From Octopus vulgaris (taxonomy: Eukaryota), in assembly GCA_951406725.2 (NCBI GenBank), contig OX597834.1, positions 34,844,001-34,908,000 on the forward strand: a stretch of 64,000 nt of DNA, in the 5' to 3' direction. Made by a program: the position numbers and the translations under genes. The notes beneath the pieces are model-generated. The model was not told where the DNA came from. It did not search any database and saw nothing but the letters and a program-made list of their open reading frames with translations. Position 1 is the first letter of the stretch. Every line of letters begins with the position of its first letter. This document shows, piece by piece, positions 24,858 through 36,850 of this stretch.

Positions 24858-26270
24858 TCAAAGTAGAGTCTCTGATTCTTCTTTGCCATCATTATCTGAA
24901 GATAAGTTTTGTCTACTACGTATGGAATCTCGATTAGAAAAAGACTCCTGGTCATCGTCAGGAAAGTCTGTCTGAACGGCGCCATGCCTTTTAACAATAT
25001 AAGGGCTTGGGTATTTTTCAGCTTTTGACAGCAGAGAGGTATTTTCATCCTCATCAATTGAGGCTGTTTCCTGCATTGCATTATCCAACTCTGCAAGTTC
25101 TTTTGCACTGCAAAGCGGCGTTTCAACTTTAACGGTGTTATGAAAACGAGAAAAATCTATTTGATATTGTCCATTTTCTTTTTGGAAAGTGATAAGGCGT
25201 TCGAATCGATGACCCCACAGGATTTCTCCGGGTAAATAAGAGCTCCTCGCTTGAGTTGTCATACCTGTCGATTCTACGATACCTTCTAAAATGACTACAA
25301 ATTCAAACTGTTCTCGATGAAGATCTTCAGCAGATATTTCCCAAAATGGACTATCGTCTTCAATTTTGTGAACTATAATCACAGGCCACACTAGAAATAA
25401 TCTATCACGACCATCTTCATAACCAAGATTAACATCAAATTGAAAAAGAGGGAGAATTTCTCCCTCTTTTGTGGTCTTTCGTCTAATTAAAACACCGCGT
25501 ACATGAGCTTCAACAATATGAGACTTACGCATGTCTCCTACTCTAAACAATAAACACATATCTCCATCTTGCTTGCAAATGCAAGCGTTTTTACTGAACA
25601 TTAACGTTTCAGCTCGCTTTTTTGGACGAGAAAGTTTAGCAAACACAATACCAGTCATAAGGGCCTGGCAAATAACACCAAAACACGATTGGATCATCAT
25701 GACTACAACTGCTTCGGGACATTCCTCTGTTGTGTGTCTTGATCCGTAACCAATTGTGTGCTGTGTTTCAATGGAAAATAGTAAAGCAGATGTAAATGAG
25801 CGTATTTCTACAACACAGCGCTTCCAGTTCTTGTCATCAAGATGATCCAAATCCCCGTGTGAAAAACAAATCAACCACCAAATTAAGGCAAATATCAACC
25901 AACTACAAATAAACGCCATGGCAAAAATCATTAAATTATAACGCCACTTAATGTCAACAAGGGTTGTGAAGATATCCGCAAGATACCGCCGCCGTCTTTT
26001 GCGTATGTTTGTCTGAGTAATGTTTACTTCACCATTTTTATAAATCAGGCGTCGCCTCAGTTTCTTTGAAAAGTGCCGTTCGGCTCTCCGATGGACGATA
26101 GGTCCGTTAGGCTGACGCTGTTGGTTTCGCGATGCATACTCTGCAAATGAGTCTTCTGAAGTGCGCCGATCGAGTTTCCCAGAAGAAGTCAGGATGTCCG
26201 GTTCGACTTGTGGAGACAAGCCATGTCCTGGTATTGGACTATACCCAGTCTCCATGACCATAGCCTGCAT
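24858..26270 (-). CDS. Kir: Inward-rectifier potassium channel (Kir/KCNJ family, invertebrate Kir2/Irk-like), 470 aa, intronless CDS
   Basis: ORF with Kir hallmarks: slide helix YLADIFTTLVDIKWR, M1, pore FSIETQHTIGYGSR..ECP, M2, PIP2 motif AKLSRPKKRAETLMFS, FRVGDMRKSHIVEAHVR, G-loop VILEGIVESTGMTTQARSSYLPGEILWGHRF, and a C-terminal class I PDZ-type motif ETLL. An in-frame TGA lies 9 nt upstream of the ATG, so no N-terminal extension is possible within this exon. Subfamily needs a phylogeny. Confidence 0.96.
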   Translation of the reverse strand: MQAMVMETGYSPIPGHGLSPQVEPDILTSSGKLDRRTSEDSFAEYASRNQQRQPNGPIVHRRAERHFSKKLRRRLIYKNGEVNITQTNIRKRRRRYLADIFTTLVDIKWRYNLMIFAMAFICSWLIFALIWWLICFSHGDLDHLDDKNWKRCVVEIRSFTSALLFSIETQHTIGYGSRHTTEECPEAVVVMMIQSCFGVICQALMTGIVFAKLSRPKKRAETLMFSKNACICKQDGDMCLLFRVGDMRKSHIVEAHVRGVLIRRKTTKEGEILPLFQFDVNLGYEDGRDRLFLVWPVIIVHKIEDDSPFWEISAEDLHREQFEFVVILEGIVESTGMTTQARSSYLPGEILWGHRFERLITFQKENGQYQIDFSRFHNTVKVETPLCSAKELAELDNAMQETASIDEDENTSLLSKAEKYPSPYIVKRHGAVQTDFPDDDQESFSNRDSIRSRQNLSSDNDGKEESETLL

Positions 26271-26325
26271 GAGTCTTCAAAAAGATAGGCTCTGACACAG
26301 ATGACAATAAGCCAGTGATTTGCGT

Positions 26326-26379
26326 TTAGCTTGCCTCCTTATCCGCAGCTCCAGTCATCATCATCATCATCATTGTCAT
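26326..26379 (-). promoter_or_regulatory. uORF MTMMMMMMTGAADKEAS* in the Kir 5' UTR
   Basis: ATG ACA (ATG)6 ACT GGA GCT GCG GAT AAG GAG GCA AGC TAA; out of frame with the CDS and ends 55 nt before it. Confidence 0.55.
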
Positions 26380-26400
26380 CTGAAACAATGAATAAAACCA
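26380..26400 (-). other. 3' splice acceptor opening the Kir coding exon (exon starts at 26379, 109-nt 5' UTR part)
   Basis: Minus strand reads tggttttattcattgtttcAG|ATGACA: T-rich tract plus CAG, 109 nt upstream of the start codon. Confidence 0.65.
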
Positions 26401-27335
26401 AGATGTAAATTGCTGTTGACAATGTGTAAGCAATAATCGCATTGTCAATGACAAAACTACAGATCAACATTCACACCAGTGCTAACATACATCAACCATA
26501 TATAATATGTACACCAACAGACCTTCTTCCCTCCATCGCGTACTCTCCTCCCACAGAAGCATTTATTACAAAGCCAAACGTACAAGACAAACTAATGTTT
26601 CAGGAATAAGAACTTAACCGGTGTGGCAGGTCAATTGCAGAGGTAACACACTTTAGCTTTCAAATACTTATCCATAATAGATAGCTGGTAATTCCTTGTG
26701 TTAGCAGCTTGATTGATTGCTTGCTTGCTGCTGTAGGACCAGAACAATCTAGAACAATCGCAAATGCCTTTCACTGTAACATTCACCACATCAAATATAC
26801 ATGAGATTGAAGGAGAGGACATTTTGTCAGTCTAGATAGCTGTACATGTTTGGCTTGCGTGGGTCAGTGTTTCTAATGAATTTAAAACATATACACAACA
26901 AGGATCAGGGTGTTAAGTACTAAAGATATTGATACACCATCTGAAATCTATTAAGCCATAAAATAATAAAACAGTTGAGGTAGGATGAATATTTATTATG
27001 ACATTGAAACGTTCAGTTAAAAATAGAATTCTCTGAATAAATCAGCATTTAAAAGATTTCATAAGGTTTTTTTTTTCATCTCAAATGTAAAATACTTTTT
27101 ATTTCTCTTCTTGGTTATTTTGTGAGATAAGGACCAGATACAGAATTTCAAATACACGGAGAAAAGTTTTGTACATATAATATATATAATAGAAGAGTGT
27201 TGATAATTATGAATAACTAACAATTATAATGGAGAGGGTTGCAAAAACCCTTACATGTTTAGAAATAGCAGTCAAAAACTATTATAAAGCCACTATTATC
27301 ACTCAATATGTTATTACATGTTTGGGCATTCATAT

Positions 27336-27539
27336 CTCTTTTACTTGTTTCAGGCATTTGACTGCGGCATTGCTGGGGCACCGCCTTTAGTCGAGCAAAT
27401 CGACCCTGGGACTTATTCTTTGTAAGCCCAGTACTTATTCTATCAGTCTCTTTTGCCGAACCGCTAAGTGACGGGGACGTAATCACACCAGCATCGGTTG
27501 TCAAGCAATGCTAGGGGGACAAACACAGACACACAAACA

Positions 27540-27592
<53 letters not shown>

Positions 27593-27745
27593 GGCTTCTT
27601 TCAGTTTCCGTCTACCAAATCCATTCACAAGGCTTTGGTCGGCCCGAGGCTATAGTAGAAGACACTTGCCCAAGGTGCCATGCAGTGGGACTGAACCTGA
27701 AACCATGTGGTTGGTTGGTAAGCAAGCTACTTACCACACAGCCAT
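27336..27745 (-). mobile_element. tRNA-derived SINE, family B, full length
   Basis: Highly similar to 22283-22676. Confidence 0.85.
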
Positions 27746-27792
27746 TCATAAATAACTATTAATTGTATATATATCCTTTGTAATACATACAT

Positions 27793-27847
<55 letters not shown>

Positions 27848-28140
27848 CATGGTAACACAAAGAGGAAAAATAGTACTTAAAATGTGTGTGTGTGTGTGTG
27901 TGCATACATGTTAATTCAAATTTGGTGATTAATCCATTTAATAGTCCAAGCTTTTCACACCTGTGTGCCCTTTTTTCTTCGGGTGACAAATCAGAATGAA
28001 TTTTGGAAATGTAACAAAGCGAATTGTCAAGTTTTGAAAGAATATTTAAACTCCATTACAACTATTCACTAATTCTTTCTCCAGTTTGTACACCCAAACG
28101 TGTACTTGCACGTACGCACGCATGTACACACACGCACACT

Positions 28141-28520
28141 CGCTCACCTATCCAGCCGGGTGTTATCACTTAAAAGCAACAACAATGCACGCAAAGAAGC
28201 ACATTGTGGCAAGCAATGTTTAACAACATCAAACAGTCTGGTCGATACAGGGGTATATACATACATGTACGCACACACACACACACCCACACACACACAC
28301 ACAAACGAACTTCATAAGAAGTGAATCTCTGTAAATGAATAAAGGCCGGACAGTAAAACTGCCATAATTTTTGTTTCCACTATTCAACTTCTGTCAAACT
28401 GTGAAACTCTGCAAAAAGTGGGGTGGTGGTGGAGGTGGTGGTGGTGTTGGGGGGAGGGGCGTTGGAGGAGGGGAAACTAAGTAAATTGCTATGGTAGGGT
28501 GAGGGTGGGGGGAAACAAGT
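28141..28520 (-). promoter_or_regulatory. Possible proximal alternative 5' exon/promoter of Kir
   Basis: Donor TAG|GTGAGC at 28148/28147, locally CpG-containing unique sequence, and GC-box-like GGGGAGGGGCG near 28451. No transcript evidence. Confidence 0.25.
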
Positions 28521-28762
28521 CGTTTTTGAACTTTTGGGGGTTTTCCTTTCAAAGTAGATTATTGACTGACATGACACACGTACACACACACACACACACA
28601 AACAAGAAGCTAATGTATTTGTTAGTAAAAAGTATACCTACACACACATATATGTATGTATGTATATGTGTGTGTGTTTATATATATATGCATGTGTGTG
28701 TGTGTACATACATACATACTGACACACATTAAGACAGACATACTCATGTGTGTGTGTGTGCA

Positions 28763-28799
<37 letters not shown>

Positions 28800-29466
28800 G
28801 CAAACATACATGCATATATAGAGTACAGATATAGAGTACAGTAATTACCCTATATATGTATACACATATAGATACATACACACAAATATAAACATACATG
28901 CACACAGGCATATGTATATACATATAACTTAGTGAATGCATGTCACACATGCACACATACACACACATATGTGCATTTATACATTTATAAACATTCAAAC
29001 TCACTCACACACCTATAGAGGAGGAAGATGGACAGAAAGAGAGAGAGAGAATGAAAGGGAGGGGCAGAGATAGAGATAACCTATTCAATTACCAATAAAC
29101 AACAGACACTCGTTAACATTCAATCATTACCTCCACACACACACACACACACTCAAATCCACCCTCCTTCCACCCACCCACCCAAAACACAATCCTTATA
29201 GTCAAGATGCTACCTGTGACTTGACAAACTAAATTACCTGTCACTTTTGTCTTGTCCAACCCCAGTTATCCTTCCAAACTTTTTCCTTGTTCATACACCA
29301 CGGCCTTACCCCCACCCCCTTCACCCACCTGTGTATTTAGTCATAGTTTGGTTGACAAGGAGTCATGAGTACAAAGCAACTCACTTCTTTCAGTTCACTT
29401 GATTGAGGTAAAGAAATCTTCTTTGAGTTTGTGAACTTGATCAGTTGTCCCAACTGATCCTTAAAG

Positions 29467-29676
29467 CAGCCATTCCCAACCCTTTTTTTCATGCCCTGCA
29501 CCCCAAAAAACTTTTAATATGTTCTCGCACCCCTTAAAGTAATAATTTATATAAGAATAAAGGTGCCCAGGGAAATTTCCCTCTCTGACCTCCTACAAAC
29601 CCGGCCTTGCTTGCAGCCCCTGGAACGTTATCTTGCCCCCTCAAGGGGTGAGAGCACCCCTTGTTGGAAAACCCTG
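29467..29676. mobile_element. hAT-type MITE
   Basis: Ends CAGCCATTCCCAAC ... GTTGGAAAACCCTG; 8-bp TSD ccttaaag/ctttaaag (7/8). Confidence 0.7.
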
Positions 29677-30338
29677 CTTTAAAGGATCTGAATGCAGAAA
29701 AAAAAAGGAGGGTGAGGACACTCACTGTTATGCTTATATATCATCATCATCATTCAAAGTCTGTTGTCCATGCTGGCATGGGTTGGACAGTTTGACCAAG
29801 GCTGGCAAGCTGAGGAGCTGCACTAGACTCCAGTCTGATTTGGCGTGGTTTCTATAGCTGGATGCCCTTTTCATAATGCCAACCATTCTGAGAGTGTAAT
29901 GGGTGCTTTTATGTGCCAATTGCCTGACACCATTCATCTGCCACAACTATAATTTCACTTGGCTTGATGGGTCTTCTACTCATGCATGGCATATTGCCGA
30001 AGGTCTCTGTCATTTGTCATTGATCCCTTGAGGCCCAATGCTCAAATGTATATATATAGATATACACATATCCATATACACATACATACATGTGTAGACA
30101 GCACACTCACTTGTAGAATATACATGTACATATATATATATACATGTATGTATGTATGAGTGTGTGTATATATAGGGAGAGTTTACGAAAAAAACAAAAG
30201 ATGAAGACAGGTGGTGTATAAAACAAACAGATGTATTAGTATAATGCTCAGGAATAGAAAAAGTATTTTATGTTTCGAGCCTACGCTCTTCTACAGAAAG
30301 GGACACAGAAAAAACAAGGAGAGAAAAAAATGTGTATG

Positions 30339-30380
<42 letters not shown>

Positions 30381-31024
30381 TGCGTGTATGTGTAAAAATG
30401 TCCAGAATCCAGGAAGACTAGTTATGGCCTCTGCCAACAAAAATTATATTTATTAGTGAATTGTAAAAGAAGTTTCTTTAGGAAAAGTGTTTCTGGTGTC
30501 TTTGCAGAAAAGTGGGTTGGGTGTAATTTTATCCACAGTCTATGGAGGGGGGGGGGAGGGGCAAAAGAAAATGAAAGCAAACAACAGAGAATTAGTATGT
30601 GTGTAACAAGGAAGGTAAATTAGGTGTGTGTGTGTCTGTGTGAATGGGGGTGGGTTAGGGTGGTAAGTGGTGGTAGAGAGAGAAAGTGAAAGTGAGAGAG
30701 GGGGAAGGAGGGAGATGGAGGAAGAGTGGGACAAATAAAGAATGAGAAAGAGATAGAAAGTGAGAGAGTGAAACAGAGAGAGAGAGATAGAGAGAGAGAG
30801 GGGGAAAGAGGGAAAGAGAAAGAATCTAGGAGAGAATGAGGTGGAAAGAGTAAGGGTGATAAGATTAGAATTAGAAAGAAGGGTCAGTTGATGAAAGAGA
30901 GCAGGTATTTTTTTGTTTGCTGTTCATTTTGCTTAATCACAAGAGGCTTGTCAGCAATAGTATTCACACACATATTGGTACACACATAAACACATATATG
31001 GATGCTAGAGGCACAGATATGCCC

Positions 31025-31061
<37 letters not shown>

Positions 31062-32419
31062 AGGTTCACATTATACATGTGGATAATGGAATCTGAAATA
31101 CCAGCTGTCATGTTCTCATTTGCATGCACAAGCACAGAATAATTAATATAGAAATTAAAATAAAAATGAAAACTGAAATCATAAATTGTCAAAATTGAAT
31201 TTGAAAAGAAAAAGGTTAAAACATTTATAGAATGATATTTAGGATAAAAAAAAAAAGCTATACAGAAAATAGGTGGAGTTGAGATAAAGTTAAGAGGGAA
31301 GGAAGGAAGAAAAAAAAATCTTCGTTCAGACCTAGAAGGAAAGATGTTTTGAGGTTGAATATGATGTTTCCTGCTGTGCTGCAGAAGATCCGTTCAACTT
31401 ATGCAAGCCGGGGAAGATGCAAACATGATGATCACATACACTCACATGCAAAGCAGAAGACACTTGCCTAAGGTACTGCATGATGTGATCAAACCAAAAA
31501 TTCTGTGGTGAAGCCAAAAACGTAACCAAACACCTATAGTTGCTGTTTGATTAATGATAGTAAAGGTAAAAACATGAAGTCCACATAGAGAAGTTAGCTT
31601 AGAGCATTCGCTTGCAGTCAAGTTAAGGAAGTAGGAAGATGTTAATGGAGAAATAGAGGGTGAGTGAGAAACAGCTGGAGAAGTAAAATGAATGTGAGTG
31701 GCAAGACGAGGTTTTTACTGTCATGTTTGCCTGGAGTAGTAAATTGGGGTGGGTGAGAGAGTGAGCAGGGGTTAAAATGAGAGGAGGTTGGAGTAAGTGG
31801 GGGAACAAGGAATAACAAGTGTCATTGACATCTGTGTGTTTGTTGACAGGAGATACAGCTGTAGAATAATTTCGATGGTTTTTGGTTCAAACAGGAAAAC
31901 TTGAGTTATCCTGCATTTTATATGTATACACATAGACACAGAAATACACACACATACATGCATATACATATATATGTGCAAACATACACATATATACACA
32001 TAAGCACATACACATTTACAGAGTTTCTACAGAAGGGCATCCAGCCGTAGAAACTCTGCCAGATCAGATTGGAGCCTGGTGCAGCCATCTGGTTTGCCAG
32101 TCCTCAGTCAAATCGTCCAACCCATGCTAGCATGGAAAGCGGATGTTAAATGATGATGACGACGCTTACATATTTACATACACATACATATATACACCTA
32201 CACATGTATACACACACACACATATATATACAGACATGCACAAATCCTTTACTCTCAACTATGCAAAAGGAAAAGAAACCATGGAACCAGTGGTTCTGAA
32301 CTGGAGTCCATATGGCCCCTGAAGGTCTATAGAGTTGAAACAAATACCATGCAGTATTCTATTCAACACATCACAAGATCAAGTTCTTGTTGCAATTGGT
32401 GGTTTGTGAGACTCAATGG

Positions 32420-32990
32420 CCCTGAGAACTGTGCTAGTGGGGTACAAGATTGTAGAGAGGCCTATGTTGAGTAAGTGAAAGGATAGAGGCCAGATTAACA
32501 TGGATCATCTCTTCCCGGAGATTAAAATGAGTTTGCATAGGGACAACAGCCTTACCGGGAAAAAAGTTAGAGAAGCATAGATGACAACTGAAAATCAAAA
32601 AGACCTCCAAGAGGGCGCAGTGCAGCAAAACCTGAATGAAACATGCTGCAATACATGTCAGGGCCTCACCTAAAACCCTCAAGGGACACAGGAGAGAGAA
32701 CAACTCCATAATAGCTTGAGGTGGAATATTGAGGCACAGTGGAGGAAGCTAGGACCCAACTGGAAAAAAGCAGACAAAACACCCCAAAGTTGTGAATGGC
32801 CTATGCTCCATAAGGATCAAAAACTTTAAATAAAGTATTTCTATCCAACATGCTAACAGCTCTACTGGTTGTGATTTTAGACGTAGTGAAGTGGTTGGTA
32901 CCACTCTGAACAGGAACCAATGCTGAGAAAGGCCTGACTGGTGGTGAGTGTACGAAATTTGCTTTCTTAAGGTTGCGGATTAATGACATC
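32420..32990 (-). mobile_element. Possible heavily degraded CR1/L2/Jockey-like RT fragment
   Basis: Pieces such as 'LCFSNFFPGKAVVP' loosely resemble the FP..WK.A.VVP region of non-LTR RTs; weak. Confidence 0.3.
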
Positions 32991-33074
32991 CTAGTGATGT
33001 TAGAGGAAGAAGACGTAGCCCCGGATCAGTCCTAATGCAGCAGGTCAAGGATGGAAGGTGTTCTAAGCATGACC

Positions 33075-34000
33075 AGTGTGATGGTGTGTGTGTGTATGTG
33101 ATGGTGTGTGTGAGTGTGATGGTGTGTGTGAGTGTGATGGTGTGAGTGTGTGTGATGGTGTGAGTGTGTGTGATGGTGTGAGTGTGTGTGATGGTGTGAG
33201 TGTGTGTGATGGTGTGTATGTGTGTGTGTGTGATGGTGTGTATGTGCTTGTATGATGGTGTGTGTGTGATGGTGTGTGTGTGTGATGGTGTGCGTATGAT
33301 GTGTGTGTATGATGGTGAGTGTGTGATGGTGTGTGTGTGTGATGGTATGTGTATGATTGTGTGTATGATGGTGAGTGTGTGATGGTGCGTGTATGATGGT
33401 GTGTGTATGATGTGTATGTATGATGGCGATGTGGCAGAAACGTTAGCGCGCTGGGCGAAATGCGTAGCCGTATTTCGTCTGACGTTACGTTCTGAGTTCA
33501 AATTCCGCCGAGGTCGACTTTGCCTTTCATCCTTTTGGGGTCGATTAAATAAGTACAAGTTACGCACTGGGGTCGATATTATCGAATTAATCCGTTTGTC
33601 TGTCCTTGTTTATCCTCTCTGTGTTTAGCCCCTTGTGGGTAGTAAAGAAATAGGTGTGTGTGTGTGATGTTATGTGTATGATGGTGTGTGTGTATGATGG
33701 TGTGTGTGTGTGATGGTGTGTGTGTGTGATGGTGTGTGTGCATGTATGTATGATGGTATCTATGTCTGATAATGTGTGTTTGATAGTGTGTATGATGGTG
33801 CAAGTGTGATGATGTGTGTATGTGTGTATGATGGTATGCGTGGTAGAGGATAATAGTGCATGTGTGGTGATTGTGTGTGTGGGAGTTTGATGGTGCGTAT
33901 GTACATGTGTGACAATAATGAATGTGTGTGTGTGTATAATGATTGCAGTGATGGTACCAATGATGGTGTGTGTGTGTGTGTGTGTGTATGTATGAGATGA
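33075..34000. repeat. (GT)nGATG low-complexity tract
   Basis: Repeated gtgtgtgtgatg units, interrupted by a SINE at 33425-33654. Confidence 0.9.
33425..33654 (+). mobile_element. tRNA-derived SINE, family A, inserted in a (GT)nGATG simple-repeat tract
   Basis: Highly similar to 52675-52903. Confidence 0.85.
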
Positions 34001-34464
34001 TGGATGTGGTAGCAGTGTATGATAGTGTGTGCATGAGCATGTATATCTCTCTGTGTGTGTGTGTGTAATTATGGTAGTGGTAGTGGTGGTGATTAATTAA
34101 AGCAATATCTGGAATGTTCTGGTTATTTCCTGTTAACCTTTATACAATTGTCTGCTTCAGTAATTACCCTCACCCACTTGCTCACTCACACCCTCACTCA
34201 CTCATTCACTTACTCTCCACTTCAGGCATCAACTCTTATACACACACACACACCCATAGATACCTGTATACACACCCACATACATACATATTACACACAA
34301 ATGTACGAACTGACACATGCTTATACTTAGACACACACACACACAAATACACGTTCACACATGCATACATACATACACACAAATACACAAGCACCTCCGT
34401 AAGTACATAACACCACACTAACGAGCTTAGACACACACACATGTACACATCAACACACACACAT

Positions 34465-34529
<65 letters not shown>

Positions 34530-35446
34530 CATATACATACATATACATATATATATATATATATACATGACACATCACACACACATACGTCTATATATAC
34601 ATGCCAACATGCATATATATACACACACACACCCACCCACATACCAACACACACCCACACCGATATACACCCTCCAACCATACACATGCCAACCTACACA
34701 TATACATCCATATGCACGTCAACACACACACACATCTATATGCATGTATATATATATATATGTGCCAACACAGACACACACACACACACATACTTCATTC
34801 AATCAAGCGTCACTTTTTCCTTCCTTCTCTTTTCTTTTCATTCCCATTTTCTTTCCTCCTCCTCCTCTTCTCTCTCTTCCTGCTATTCTTTTTAATTTGT
34901 TGTTATTATTGTAGGTCTTCCTTTTTTTCTTTTTCCCATTTTGATTTCTACTTTCCTCCTCTTCCTCCTCCTTCTCCTCACACCCATATCCCTCACCACC
35001 ACCACCACCACCACCACCAATTCATTAAAAATTTTTTTTCTTTTTTTCTTTCACTTGCTTCAGTCATTGGACTCCAACCATGCTGGTTTGAAGGGTTTTA
35101 AGTCGAACAAATCAAATCCCCAGTACTTATTTTTCTACTGGTCTCTTTCACCAAACTGCTAAGCTATAGGGACATAAACAAACCAATACCAGTTGTCAAA
35201 CGTTGGTGGAAGACAAACACACACACATACACACATATAATGGAATTCCACCCAGTTTCCCCTCTACCAAATTTACTCACAAGATATTCATCAGCCTGGA
35301 GCTATAATGGAAGACATTAAATCAAGGTGTCACATAGTGGGACTGAACCCAAACGGAAAACTCAGGTGAAAAATCGACCACTATAGAGAAAGCTTATGAT
35401 GTCATGGTAAAGCCATGAATAATCATAGTCTCGACAACTGACTGCA

Positions 35447-35482
<36 letters not shown>

Positions 35483-35765
35483 TCACCTCTGGAAACATGG
35501 GTGGTTCTTTCAACATCCTCAAACAACCCTTATTCAGGGACCTTTTGAGCGGGATGGGCTACTCAACCTGAAGAAAATTCTAACTGGGCCCCACCTGCAA
35601 GGTCATGCGCTGTTTATCTTGATATGCAATCACCATGTCGCACACATATAGTTGTGATGTATGTGCCTGGTGTACCCTTATCAGACGGGTAGTCATGATG
35701 GGTATACTGGGCTTCGTATATTTTACCTCAGTGTCACTTTGATGGCATGAACTGCTCTCTCACTC
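35483..35765 (+). mobile_element. Retroelement-like insert flanked on both sides by (AAT)n
   Basis: ~280-nt GC-richer block bounded by (AAT)n runs at 35447-35482 and 35766-35793. Confidence 0.5.
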
Positions 35766-36439
35766 AATAATAATAATAATAATAATAATAATAAACCAAA
35801 TGGGAGGATTGATTTCCAATATAGAATGTGGGGCGATCTTCTGAGACATTTTTTTGCCATAAAATATGATACTTAGCTAAAGTTATTTCACCTCCCTTAT
35901 GTCAATATTGAATTTATTGGGATTTGTGTCATAGCTCTCGTCATCGCATCTCTGACAGAGATTTCGCATGTCATGCCGACCGGGTAAGTGTAAAGGGAGA
36001 AACCAACTCCAGTGTGATCCACATGGATACAGTATTATGATGTAGTGAAAATAGACATGGGTCGAGATATGTGGCCATGGGTAAGCAAGAGCTGGAACTA
36101 GAATGGAAAGAGAGGAATGGATAGAGCAGGATTCTCAGGAATGTAGTGTGTGTGTGTGTGTGCATACGTGTGAATGTGTGCGTTTGTGAATGTGTGTGTA
36201 TATGTGTGAGTTTTTGATATGTGTGTGTGTGTGTGCTTACATGCATATACATGTGTTTGTTAAGTGTCTGTGTGTGTGTGCATGCACTTGCATGTATGTA
36301 TGTACATGTGTTTGTGCATGTGTGTATATGCAAGTCTTTGTGTGTGTGTGTGTGTGTGCGTATGAATGTGTTTGCAAGTGCATGTGTTCATATGTGCGTA
36401 CATGTTTCAGTCTGTAGTGCGTAACTAATGTGTTGGTAG

Positions 36440-36850
36440 AGACCAGCAGTTTTTGGTCAAGAATGTTGGGTAATGAGCAAAAGAGTACAATTGCAAGTAC
36501 ATGTGGCTGAAATGAAGTTCTGCCAAGGGACCACTGGAGTAATGTCACCCAACAGAGTGCTTAGTTTGGAGAGTAGGGACCCTCTCCAGATCAAGCTGCT
36601 GCTTCTCCATATTGGGGGGGTCAAAGCTCTCGTATTACAGGCAAGGGGTTAGAATGCTGTAGGACAGATTCCTTGAACCAAGGAAAAGACCAAGAGTAAG
36701 ATGGTTGGATAATAACTATAGTCTCAGTTGGTTGGATTTGGGAATTCAGCATGAAAATGTTATGATGGTTGCCTTTGATAAGGGCCCTATGGGGGAGGTG
36801 CCTGAGGACTCTACTGCAATGATCCACCCAGGAATAGTGAATGGCAAAAA
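36440..36850 (+). mobile_element. Degraded RTE-type LINE 3' region
   Basis: Near 36682 the plus strand translates as KRPRVRWLDN, resembling the GRP..RW.D motif at the C-terminus of RTE-clade ORFs; frameshifted. Confidence 0.45.

Noticed and set aside
24725-25126. 133-aa alternative-frame ORF overlapping the Kir C-terminus; also the antisense ORF 25531-25749
   Set aside because: Shadow ORFs of the real CDS; the first begins at a non-ATG codon and runs through the splice donor into T-rich intron.
29000-29060. Second possible ratchet point (polyY-TAG|GTGTGT on the minus strand)
   Set aside because: The regenerated donor is weak, and both the tract and the GT run derive from microsatellites.
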